This document shows positions 29,110 through 37,517 of a stretch of DNA of 64,000 nt, piece by piece. Made by a program: the position numbers and the translations under genes. The stretch lies in the IMG/VR virus record IMGVR_UViG_3300048927_000531. One strand, written 5' to 3'. The notes below the pieces were generated by a model that ran no database searches, was not told where the DNA came from, and worked only from the letters and a program-made list of their open reading frames with translations. Source of the DNA: an uncultured virus (IMG/VR IMGVR_UViG_3300048927_000531). Lineage: Duplodnaviria; Heunggongvirae; Uroviricota; Caudoviricetes. The first letter of the stretch is position 1. Every line of letters starts with the position of its first letter.

Positions 29110-29474
29110 GCTGCCGCCCTCAGTTCGTTGATGTAAGTCTGGTTTGCAATCAGCTCGTCGTCGGAGCCGTATGTCTCGTGGAAGGTCCGCGAACCATCCA
29201 GCAGGCTCGGGCCGTAGATCTGGCGCATCGTCACGAAGGTGTTCCCCTCCATCGGAATACGGCGGTGGTGCCATACACAGAGCGCGAAGCCGAAGAAGTG
29301 GCCGCGCCGCCGATTACCGCTCTTGGCGTGGTTGTAGTCGCACCCGTAGACCACCAGTTCTGCCTCAAGCAGTTGCTGCTCCAGCAGCGCCAGGCAGGCC
29401 ATGCACGGGCCGGTCTTGGCCAGCTCGATGCGGGCGCCCTCTTCCTTCGTCGGCGGCGGTGCGTTCGACCACAT
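29106..29474 (-). CDS. Ref-like HNH-type nuclease
   Basis: CMAC...NH...RRGH..FALCVWHH...FHETYGSDDEL. Confidence 0.7.
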   Translation of the reverse strand: MWSNAPPPTKEEGARIELAKTGPCMACLALLEQQLLEAELVVYGCDYNHAKSGNRRRGHFFGFALCVWHHRRIPMEGNTFVTMRQIYGPSLLDGSRTFHETYGSDDELIANQTYINELRAAA

Positions 29475-29668
29475 CAGCGCAGTTCCGGAATCGGCCCGGC
29501 ATACCGGGTGATCGGGATCTGCCGGCAACCATCGCGCCAAACGGTGGCCCCAAAGGTGGCGTACAGCACCAGCGGTTTGACCCCGTAGCCATAGGCCAGA
29601 TACCAGCCAGCCACCGCCACCGGCTCGGACACAGGGCGCACCTCCAGTTCGACATGGTCCTGCCTCAT
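29474..29668 (-). CDS. Hypothetical phage protein
   Basis: Coupled in the nin-like region. Confidence 0.5.
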   Translation of the reverse strand: MRQDHVELEVRPVSEPVAVAGWYLAYGYGVKPLVLYATFGATVWRDGCRQIPITRYAGPIPELR

Positions 29669-30336
29669 GCCGCCGCGTCCTGAGTGGGAGCGAACAGCTC
29701 GGCGATTTCTGCCAGGCGCTGCTTGGTACGCTCGTTCGCTTCCGAGCTCGCCTCCACCCGGCCTGCCAGCAGGGCCAGCGGATTGAACGCGGGCGTGGGC
29801 GACGGCAGCGCCAGATGTTCGGCAACCTGCTCGTGCGCCAAGCGGCCAGCATCCACAGCCAGCTGCAGCGCTGCGGCCCGGGCACTCGCGTCGTGGCCCA
29901 GCGACGGCTGATAGACGGCGCAGCCACCCACAGCGCGCGCGCTCTTCACCAACCGGGCGTACACCTCCAGAAACGCCTGCCTGGCTGCGATCTTGTCGCC
30001 CTCCTCGACCAGCGGCAGCGCCGCCGTCCATGCGTCCCTGGTCTGCTCGGTCCATACCAGGGTCACCGCCTCGTCAGCGGCCCGGATCGCCACAGCCCAC
30101 GCTTCGTTCGGTGCCGGGTGCCCGTCGTCAATGCGCTCCATGATCGCGGCCAGGCTCAGCCGGCCCTTTAACTCGCGGCGGCAGGCGGTCAGCGCCTCGG
30201 CCAGCACGCGGAGCGGGTAGGACGCTAGGTCGGTGACCATGTACGCCGCAGCGGTCGGCCGAATCTGCTCGCCCATCACCTCGGCCGTGGCCACCAGCAT
30301 TTCGACCAGCTTGTCCTGTTCGGCATCACTGAGCAT
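29665..30336 (-). CDS. Replication accessory protein following the initiator
   Basis: DDGHPAPNEAWA, ARQAF.EVY, SLGHD motifs; synteny. Confidence 0.6.
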   Translation of the reverse strand: MLSDAEQDKLVEMLVATAEVMGEQIRPTAAAYMVTDLASYPLRVLAEALTACRRELKGRLSLAAIMERIDDGHPAPNEAWAVAIRAADEAVTLVWTEQTRDAWTAALPLVEEGDKIAARQAFLEVYARLVKSARAVGGCAVYQPSLGHDASARAAALQLAVDAGRLAHEQVAEHLALPSPTPAFNPLALLAGRVEASSEANERTKQRLAEIAELFAPTQDAAA

Positions 30337-31222
30337 CTGCGTTCCCCTTCAGGCGGCGCAGCAGCGCCTTGGCGTCGTCGGCCGCGTTGGCATTGGCCTG
30401 CGTCTGGTCCTGCTGCCGGGCGCTGGTGTCGGTCACCTGCCGCCCGGTCGCCCACTGCGTGCGGTACGCCTCGGCCCCGGCCAGCAGCACGCCCAGGTCG
30501 TGCATCCGCTTCACGGCGTAGTTCTCGTTGACGCTCAGGAACCAGCCGGCCACCAGCGGCGCCTCTTCACGACCCAGGCGTTTCACCAGATCCCGAACGT
30601 TGGTGTTGACCTTGGCGTTGCGGACGGGGTCCACGCCGTGGCGGATGAGGTAGGCAGCCCGGTAGGCAGCCCACGTCGCCTTGCAGGCCAGCTGCATCTG
30701 CTCTTCCTGCTCCGCCTTCGTCAGCGGCGCGGCCGACAGGCCCGCCGGAGATGACGGTTCTTCTGACGGTTCATTGGTGGTTATATGACGGTTAGGCGGC
30801 ACGGGGCGCACCTCCAGACCTGCGCCCGCTGCATCCCCACCTGCACGGGGCGCATCCCCACCTGCATCGGGCGCACCCCCTGCACGGGGCGCAGCACCTG
30901 CGCCCGATGCAGTACCGGCTTTCCCGGTCTTGCGAGTGCCCTTCGACGGCGCGGCGGCCTTGTCGAACTTGGCCGGGGTGACGTTGTAGACAGTGCTGCT
31001 GTTGAACCTGCGGTCGCGGGTCAGTAGGCCCACGACTTCCAGATGATCCATGGCGGTGCGGACAGCGCGCGGCGACATGCAGCAGCGCGCGGCGATGGTG
31101 CCCACCGCCGGCCAGCACACGCCGTCGTCGTTGGCTTGGTCAGCCAGCGAGATCAACACAGCCTTCTGCGTGACGCTCAGCCCCTGCAGCGGCCAGCACT
31201 GCGACATGATGATGGTCGACAT
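30326..31222 (-). CDS. Replication initiator (O-like, HTH_36)
   Basis: KAVLISLADQANDDGVCWPAV winged helix; internal iterons. Confidence 0.85.
   Translation of the reverse strand: MSTIIMSQCWPLQGLSVTQKAVLISLADQANDDGVCWPAVGTIAARCCMSPRAVRTAMDHLEVVGLLTRDRRFNSSTVYNVTPAKFDKAAAPSKGTRKTGKAGTASGAGAAPRAGGAPDAGGDAPRAGGDAAGAGLEVRPVPPNRHITTNEPSEEPSSPAGLSAAPLTKAEQEEQMQLACKATWAAYRAAYLIRHGVDPVRNAKVNTNVRDLVKRLGREEAPLVAGWFLSVNENYAVKRMHDLGVLLAGAEAYRTQWATGRQVTDTSARQQDQTQANANAADDAKALLRRLKGNADAQ
30798..30911. repeat. Six 13-bp iteron-like repeats (probable phage origin)
   Basis: TGCACGGGGCGCA-type units at 30798, 30821, 30842, 30863, 30881 and 30899. Confidence 0.7.
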
Positions 31223-31223
31223 G

Positions 31224-31535
31224 TCAGAGCCCCAGCGTCATGTTCTGGCCCCGGGCCACCGGCCACCAGGTGCAGGCACTGCGGCCAGACACTGGGCAAG
31301 GCTTCTTCGGGCCCCGCCACACGCGGCCGGTTTCGGCCAGTTCGGGAAGGCGTCGAGCGAGCACGTATCGGCAGATGCCCGTCTCGTTCGCCAGTTCGAG
31401 GCTGGTCAGGCCTGGGAAGCGGCGCACGGCAGAAGCTGCTGCGGCTTGTTGGTCACCTTGGACGCCAGTGGCAACGATGTAGTTGGCTGCCTCGTGGGTG
31501 GTGCTGGGATCGCTGGAACGGGCCGGATGATTCAT
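31224..31535 (-). CDS. Winged-HTH phage protein
   Basis: ARSSDPSTTHEAA, PGLTSLELA, ARRLPEL. Confidence 0.7.
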   Translation of the reverse strand: MNHPARSSDPSTTHEAANYIVATGVQGDQQAAAASAVRRFPGLTSLELANETGICRYVLARRLPELAETGRVWRGPKKPCPVSGRSACTWWPVARGQNMTLGL

Positions 31536-32119
31536 GCCTTCTGCTCCAGCCCCATCGCTCGAATGACTGCTTTCCGGAAAGTCAGCGCGCTGATGACCAT
31601 GTCATCGCACTCATTGATGATCTTGTGCCCGTGGGGGCGATCCTTCTCGTCAATCACGCCGTCGGCGACTGCAGGACTGATCGCTGCGCAGAGGTCGCCA
31701 AAGTCCTTGACCAACTGCCCAACACCGACCGTATCGGCTGACGTTTCGATGGCGTCCATGCGGATCGGCAGAATGCCGCGACGGCGGCCCAGCGCGCGCT
31801 CGCAGTTGCTGCGGTACGGCTCGGGCAAGCTCATCACCCACGAATCTTCCAGATCCGCCGGCAGCGTTTTGACGACGCCGTCCAGGTAGCGACCGAGGAT
31901 CTGGCCGTTGTGCTTCTTGTCCGCGTCACCGTCCCCTTCCCCGCCGAGCGTGATGCGGAACGGCACTTCGCGGTCATCCTGCGCATACATCGACAGGTAC
32001 TGATCGGCCACCACCATGGCGAAGCTGCGGCGGTTGGTGCCCGTGTCGCGGAGCATCTGCTCGGTGAATCCGAAAATCACCGTCTGGCGCTTGGGCAGGA
32101 AATGGGGCTTAGGCTTCAT
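31532..32119 (-). CDS. CII-like regulator
   Basis: Between cro and replication genes; ADGVIDEKD C-terminal motif. Confidence 0.55.
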   Translation of the reverse strand: MKPKPHFLPKRQTVIFGFTEQMLRDTGTNRRSFAMVVADQYLSMYAQDDREVPFRITLGGEGDGDADKKHNGQILGRYLDGVVKTLPADLEDSWVMSLPEPYRSNCERALGRRRGILPIRMDAIETSADTVGVGQLVKDFGDLCAAISPAVADGVIDEKDRPHGHKIINECDDMVISALTFRKAVIRAMGLEQKA

Positions 32120-32241
32120 GACAGGCTCTCAGGGGCGGCGCACGATGGGCGCCATGGAGATCAACAACTCACGGACGATGGGCGTCGCCCTCCTTGCGTT
32201 ACGCTGGCGTTTCCACACGAACAGCCCGCAAGGAGGGCGAC

Positions 32242-32448
32242 ATGGAAATCGAACTGAGGAACAGCCTGCTCATCGGAGTGAGTACCCTGGAAGCCATCAC
32301 TGCTGTGCTCGTGAGGCACGCCAAGGCAACCATTCCCAACTTCGAACAGGAGGTCCTCGACATGCTCAAAGCGGGCACACCAAATGCGGAGCCGGTGACT
32401 GCAGCTGCCGTGGAAGCTCGTTTGAAGGAGTTCCTGGCAATTCGCTGA
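32242..32448 (+). CDS. Small antisense hypothetical protein
   Basis: AAGGAGG RBS; 68 aa; opposite to the cro operon. Confidence 0.6.
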   Translation: MEIELRNSLLIGVSTLEAITAVLVRHAKATIPNFEQEVLDMLKAGTPNAEPVTAAAVEARLKEFLAIR

Positions 32449-32674
32449 GGCAGACCACCGCGAATCGGTCCGCGTGGTGCCTGATGTTCTGCGCCCCGTC
32501 GGCTGCCATGGCGGCACCGTTTGCCGCCATGGTTCTCTGCTCTGATTCCAAGGCAGCAAACATCTGGCGCGCAGCCGCCTGGGCGGCCTCTCGCTCTTTC
32601 AACTCGCCCAGTGACGGCAGGTTCAACCAATCCCGCAGCCACAGCCTCGGGTTGAATTTGTCGGATACAGGCAT
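32366..32674 (-). CDS. Hypothetical phage protein
   Basis: Starts right after the cro stop; NPRLWLRDWLN. Confidence 0.45.
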   Translation of the reverse strand: MPVSDKFNPRLWLRDWLNLPSLGELKEREAAQAAARQMFAALESEQRTMAANGAAMAADGAQNIRHHADRFAVVCLSELPGTPSNELPRQLQSPAPHLVCPL

Positions 32675-32675
32675 G

Positions 32676-33110
32676 TCAGGCCACCTCAATTGGGGCGATG
32701 CGGTCAGCATCGGGGTCGTCGTTTGCCGGCTTGGCCGGCACCTGCTGCTCGGGGTGCCCAAGCAGCCTCATCACCTGCGGCAAGGCCGGGACCATGTCGT
32801 CATCCGCCCACGCTTCGACCTGCTCTACCGGCAGCTTCAACAGCTTGGCCAACTGCTTGTCGGTGCTCAAACCCAGCTTGGCGCGCAGCGCGCGCTTGCT
32901 CATGCGGTTGTCGACCAGCTGACGGACAGCCGTAATGCTCGATCCCGCGAAGACTTCTGGCCGCAGCAGTTCGAGGAACTGCCGGCGCGCTGGCGGGATT
33001 CCACTAGCACGCCACTCACTCACAGACGGCGGCTTGATCCGGCAGATGCGAGCCACCTCAGTGGTGCCACCCAAGCGATCGATGATCTCGGAAGCGGTAA
33101 GGTTTTCCAT
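32676..33110 (-). CDS. Cro-like regulator with second HTH-like domain
   Basis: IIDRLGGTTEVARICRIKPPSVSEW..GIP; divergent from cI. Confidence 0.85.
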   Translation of the reverse strand: MENLTASEIIDRLGGTTEVARICRIKPPSVSEWRASGIPPARRQFLELLRPEVFAGSSITAVRQLVDNRMSKRALRAKLGLSTDKQLAKLLKLPVEQVEAWADDDMVPALPQVMRLLGHPEQQVPAKPANDDPDADRIAPIEVA

Positions 33111-33117
33111 GCGGCAC

Positions 33118-33184
33118 AGATTAGGACTAGCTAATTAGGTAGTCAATAGCCAGTCCTAATTCATTAGAGGTTAGCCTTTCCTAA
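33118..33184. promoter_or_regulatory. Right operator region: pR plus three operators
   Basis: TTGACT-17-TAATCT on minus strand; 14-bp TTAGCnnnTCCTAA-type sites at 33121, 33146 and 33171. Confidence 0.8.
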
Positions 33185-33873
33185 TGACTACTCTTGCCGA
33201 ACGCCTGACGCTCGCTATCGAGCACGCCAAGATCACCAAAGCGGAGCTCGCCCGCCGGGTCGGTATTTCTGCCCCAAGCGTCAACGGCTGGTTCAGCGGT
33301 AAGGCCAAGTTCCTGCGCGGGGAGAACCTCTTGGCAGCGGCCAAAGGCTTAGGAGTGAGCGAAGCCTGGTTGGCCACGGGCAAAGGTCAGATGCTGTCCG
33401 GTACAGATCCAGCGGAATGGATCTCGCCAGTCCGAGAGATTGAGACGCCTCCCGGCTATGTTCGCTTCGACTTGTTCGAAGGGGGTGCGGGAATGGGTGC
33501 AGGGATGGTCAACCAGGACTACCCAGAAGTGGTGAAGACCATCGAGGTCGCAGAATGGGAAGTCCGCAGGAAGCTCGGCTACCTACCCAAGCCAGGCAGG
33601 ATCCAGATCATCACCGGTCGCGGGCCGTCGATGCGGCCCAAGCTTGAAGACGGCGACATCGTTTGGATCGACACCAGCTGCGACTACTTCGACGGCGATG
33701 ACTACTACCTGATCAACATAGGTGGCGAGACTCAGATCAAGATGCTGCAGAAGCGCGGCGATGGTCTCTACGTTGTGAGCGTCAACACTGACTTCCCGGC
33801 CTACCGTCCGGATCCGGGCGAAGTGAGCATCCTGGGCAAGGCGCTGATCCACGCAGGGTTGCGGAAGTTCTAA
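33184..33873 (+). CDS. CI-like repressor (XRE HTH + S24 peptidase)
   Basis: KAELARRVGISAPSVNGW; GAG cleavage motif; GPSM.P and IK catalytic Ser/Lys. Confidence 0.93.
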   Translation: MTTLAERLTLAIEHAKITKAELARRVGISAPSVNGWFSGKAKFLRGENLLAAAKGLGVSEAWLATGKGQMLSGTDPAEWISPVREIETPPGYVRFDLFEGGAGMGAGMVNQDYPEVVKTIEVAEWEVRRKLGYLPKPGRIQIITGRGPSMRPKLEDGDIVWIDTSCDYFDGDDYYLINIGGETQIKMLQKRGDGLYVVSVNTDFPAYRPDPGEVSILGKALIHAGLRKF

Positions 33874-33914
33874 GGAGCGAGGAAGCTCCTACTACTGTCC
33901 CAAATTGGGACAAC

Positions 33915-33941
33915 AAAAAAGCCCCGCCGAAGCGGGGCTTT
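33915..33941. terminator. Bidirectional terminator between cI and hicA
   Basis: A6-GCCCCGC-CGAA-GCGGGGC-TTT. Confidence 0.75.
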
Positions 33942-34210
33942 CACTTAATTAGCTTCAAATCGCGCATCTCATCTTCTGTCCAACCTATGTCGGCAAGAAG
34001 ACTCTGAAGCATCTTCGCCCCATACGTCTTGTGTGGGTGATAGTGGATAGACACGCGTGGACGCGGCTTCAAAGCCGCGTCAGGATGAATGTACATGCGC
34101 ATGGACCCCCCATCCATATCGCACTCCCATCCAGCTTTTCTTAGGGCACGCTCCAAGTCATCAGCAGTGAGGGACTTGAGCTGCTTCCATACAGGCCCCG
34201 GGAATGCCAT
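33941..34210 (-). CDS. hicA: HicA-family toxin (atypical)
   Basis: LERALRKAGW...GS.RMYIHP...VSIHYH...LQSLL dsRBD-like pattern; paired with HicB. Confidence 0.75.
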   Translation of the reverse strand: MAFPGPVWKQLKSLTADDLERALRKAGWECDMDGGSMRMYIHPDAALKPRPRVSIHYHPHKTYGAKMLQSLLADIGWTEDEMRDLKLIK

Positions 34211-34213
34211 GGA

Positions 34214-34561
34214 TTAGCAGGTAGCGAGCCCGCGGCCATGGGTATCCAGGGTCACCTCCTCCACGTACTCCTCCTTCCTCTTACGACCACCGAGGAAGCG
34301 CTCCTTGAGGAAGGTCCAGAGCATAGAAAACTCATTGTCATGGACACGATCAAGCGCGATCAAACCGACAGGCATCGGTTCGTTGTGCTTCGCCAAGGAG
34401 GTGAAGTAGAGAGAGATTCCTTCATGAAGGGCTTGGATGGCCTCTTCCTTGGTGGAACCGCAGGCATGCACGCCCTTCAGATCTGGGGCGTACGCATGAA
34501 ACAAGTCTCCATCATCCTCCACGATACCGCGGACCTGGATCTTGATTTCACGAATGGACAT
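34214..34561 (-). CDS. hicB: HicB-family antitoxin without DNA-binding domain
   Basis: FHAYAPDLKGVHACGSTKEEAI...EPMP. Confidence 0.85.
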   Translation of the reverse strand: MSIREIKIQVRGIVEDDGDLFHAYAPDLKGVHACGSTKEEAIQALHEGISLYFTSLAKHNEPMPVGLIALDRVHDNEFSMLWTFLKERFLGGRKRKEEYVEEVTLDTHGRGLATC

Positions 34562-35189
34562 GTAGGCATCCTCAAAAGCTCATCAATGAGCAAACAAAAG
34601 ACCGCCTGTCTAGGCGGCCGCGAAGTCCGGTGTAGCCATGACTACTCGACCTCTGGCGCAATCTTAGGGTTTCACTTCCGCAAAAACAACAACATGTTTG
34701 TTGACACAAAACTGGCAGTCATGTTTGGGCACGTTCCGTGAAACCTGTCACACCAATTCCGCCCCCGTAAAGACTGTCGGCCTTTAGGCGTCAACCTTTA
34801 GTGAAGCCAATAGCCCCAACGAATTTCTAGACCTTAGATCCCGCCTGCGATCTCACCGCGACGCCCCTCATGCTGAAGTTCCACGGCGATGTTCGTCCGT
34901 TAAGTTTGCGCAGATCTTCAATGAACCGCTCAATGAACGACTGTCCAAGTGCCTGTTCGTTCAGTCTCAGCGCGCGAAGCTGAAATCTCGTTCATCTTCA
35001 CAATGCACCGTCCCAATGGTACGGCGACAGGCACGCAGATAGGTCCGTTTAACGTTAAACGGGCCTGTTCATGGGGCCTGTCGCCGCTGACCCGCACCAG
35101 TGTCCCAGCCTAGCTCGGCAGTATCACTTGCAGGGGTGACCCGCACCAAACAGCCATAACGACGCGGAGACTCGCCCCTCATAAAAAAA

Positions 35190-35231
35190 TTAGCCACTCC
35201 TATTGACTGAAAGATTAGCCACTCCTAATCT
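35190..35231 (+). promoter_or_regulatory. Left operator region: pL plus two operators
   Basis: TTGACT(35203)-17-TAATCT(35226); TTAGCCACTCCTAT at 35190 and TTAGCCACTCCTAA at 35215. Confidence 0.8.
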
Positions 35232-35284
35232 ACAGCCATCGCCGAACACCGCCCCATCCCGGGGCGCGGCGCAGGAGATCAACC

Positions 35285-35476
35285 ATGGCCACTCTGGCCC
35301 TCAACACCGAAACCGCCCCCGGCACCGCCAAGGCTGACACGGTCAGCGGGAAGGTCGTCCAGAACTTCGGCGCCGCCCGGATCTACTACACCGCCGACGA
35401 GGCAACCGCCGCAGCGCGCGCCCTGATCGCCGCTGCCAAGCAGCTGCGCGGCGAAAGCCAGGACGCCGCCGCATGA
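35285..35476 (+). CDS. Early-left hypothetical protein
   Basis: AGGAG RBS; first gene after pL. Confidence 0.65.
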   Translation: MATLALNTETAPGTAKADTVSGKVVQNFGAARIYYTADEATAAARALIAAAKQLRGESQDAAA

Positions 35477-35688
35477 GCGCCGTCATCGCCAACCACTCCC
35501 AAGCACAGCGCGCTGCAGCCGCCGCAGGCATCGTCGCCCGCGCCGGCAAGCGCTGGGGCCTGCTCCCCTATCAGGTCGTCGTCGCAGCAAGCATCGCCGC
35601 CAATGCCGTCCTGCGGCATGGCAAGAGCGCAGCGGGCGCTGTCGCTGCGGCTCGCCGCACAGCGCGCGCACAGGCAGATGCAGCATGA
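35473..35688 (+). CDS. Early-left hypothetical protein
   Basis: ATGA-coupled. Confidence 0.6.
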   Translation: MSAVIANHSQAQRAAAAAGIVARAGKRWGLLPYQVVVAASIAANAVLRHGKSAAGAVAAARRTARAQADAA

Positions 35689-35984
35689 GCGCACCCATCG
35701 CCCCGAGCTTCGCCATCATCGAAGTCCCTGCCTTCGGCATGCGTCTGCGCGTGATGAAGGATGAGGGCGGCTGGCACATTTCAGGCTGGAGACGCACTCA
35801 AGGCAGAAAGGCCATGGTGATGTTCGCGGCCACGGATGCCGCGCCGACCTTCACCGAGGACGACAACGACCCCTGTGTTGTTGCAGGCCGTACCTACATT
35901 TCCCTGCCGGCTGCGAGCCACAAGAAGCTGCGGACATTCATTGCCACCACCGAGGGCGCGAGCGTCCGAGGCGGTGCTGCGTGA
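35685..35984 (+). CDS. Early-left hypothetical protein
   Basis: ATGA-coupled. Confidence 0.55.
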   Translation: MSAPIAPSFAIIEVPAFGMRLRVMKDEGGWHISGWRRTQGRKAMVMFAATDAAPTFTEDDNDPCVVAGRTYISLPAASHKKLRTFIATTEGASVRGGAA

Positions 35985-36667
35985 ACCTCAAGGCCGACAA
36001 CCAGTCCAGGACGCTCGCTCGATTCCGCGCGGACACCGCCGAGCACCAGCTGGAGGTGCTGCAAAACAATGGCCTCTACCGCCATCTGAAGTTCAGCAGG
36101 GGCGGCAGCAGCATCTACCGCTTCGACATCATCACCTGGCCGGGCTACTTGGCGATAACAGGCGATATGGGCGAGTCCGTGTTCACCCGACTGCCCGACA
36201 TGCTCGAGTTCTTCCGCACCGACCAGCGCAAGGATGAAGCGCCCGAGACGCTCACCATCAACCCCGGCTACTGGGCGAAGAAGTGTGTTGCCAACAAAGG
36301 GGAAATGCAGGAATTCCGAGCGGAATTGCTCGAACAGATAGTGAAGGAGTCGTTCGACAATTTCATTGCCGACAACATGGTGGATGGCGAAGACGGCGCA
36401 CCCGACACCCAGCCGAAGTGGGCATCACAGCTGTGGATCGACCTGCGCAGTGAGGTGCTGTCGCTTGAAAACGAGTCCGTGGCTGCAGCCATAGAGGCCA
36501 TGGACAACTACAAGCCGGACAGCGACACGGGATTCGCTAGGTTCAGGTTCCGCGAACCATGGGAATACGCATCCTCGATGCAGGACTACACCTTCCACAT
36601 CTACTGGCGCCTCTATGCCATCGCTTTCGCGGTGAAGGCATACGACCGCTGGAGCGACGCCCAGTGA
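35981..36667 (+). CDS. Phage hypothetical protein
   Basis: YRHLKF...FDIITWPGYLAITGDMG...NPGYWAKK motif typical of phage early proteins. Confidence 0.7.
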   Translation: MNLKADNQSRTLARFRADTAEHQLEVLQNNGLYRHLKFSRGGSSIYRFDIITWPGYLAITGDMGESVFTRLPDMLEFFRTDQRKDEAPETLTINPGYWAKKCVANKGEMQEFRAELLEQIVKESFDNFIADNMVDGEDGAPDTQPKWASQLWIDLRSEVLSLENESVAAAIEAMDNYKPDSDTGFARFRFREPWEYASSMQDYTFHIYWRLYAIAFAVKAYDRWSDAQ

Positions 36668-36770
36668 TCGACCAGGACTTCTTCGCCGCCATGGCCGTCG
36701 GCATCCCGCCCATCACCCCGCCCGCCGGCCCGGCGCCGGCCGAGCCCACCACCGAACAGGACGCCGAATA

Positions 36771-37013
36771 ATGCGCCACCTGGCCCTGCCCTTCTACTGC
36801 GCCGTCATCGTCGGCCTGCTGCTGGCGCTGCTCGCGCGCGCCATCTACACCGGCGCCGCCTCGTTCCTCCTGCCCTTCGCTGCAGGCGTCGTCTTCTTCA
36901 CCTGGTGCGGCGTGCGCGACCTGGGGCGGAACTGGCCGGCCTTCCGCAAGGAAATGCAGCAGCGCGCGGCAGAGCGACAGCGCGCGCCGATGCCCGCAGA
37001 CGACACCCACTGA
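36771..37013 (+). CDS. Small two-TM membrane protein
   Basis: Two hydrophobic helices; in operon. Confidence 0.6.
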   Translation: MRHLALPFYCAVIVGLLLALLARAIYTGAASFLLPFAAGVVFFTWCGVRDLGRNWPAFRKEMQQRAAERQRAPMPADDTH

Positions 37014-37099
37014 TCCCCTGCCCTGCGCTCTCCCCCTGTAGCGCTGGGAGCCCGCGCCGGCCGGGCTCCACCAGCCGGCAACCCATCCACGGAGGTCTC

Positions 37100-37306
37100 G
37101 TGCGAAACCAACTCGACATCCTCAAAGACGACCCAGTCCGCATGGCCAAGGCCAACCGCGATGCAGCCGACCACGCGCTGCATGACAAGCAGTTCACCGA
37201 AAGCGAGCGCCAGGAACGTGCCGCTTACTACACCCGCGAGGCAGAGCGCTGGGAATTCAACGCTGCCCTCGGCGGCCAGCAAATTACTACCTCGAAGGAA
37301 CTGTGA
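37100..37306 (+). CDS. Small phage protein, copy 1 (MRNQLDI...)
   Basis: GGAGG RBS, GTG start; paralog at 38309. Confidence 0.7.
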   Translation: MRNQLDILKDDPVRMAKANRDAADHALHDKQFTESERQERAAYYTREAERWEFNAALGGQQITTSKEL

Positions 37307-37517
37307 TATGGGCGGGGCCAACAAAGAAAACTCAATCTCAGTACATCGTGGAAAGCTGGAGTTTGAAGAACAATGCACCTCCCATCACCCGTCGGAGCTG
37401 ACTGGCGCTGGGCATGCCCCCCTGATGAGAGAAATGCAGGTCAACGATGCCGTCGCCGATGGACATCTTGCGAGCGCTGTAGCGCTGAAATTTCGTTGCA
37501 GCGCTTCTCATCGCATT

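Noticed and set aside
30798..30911. CRISPR-like array
   Set aside because: Repeats are 13 bp with 5-10 bp gaps, lie inside a CDS, and have no cas genes nearby
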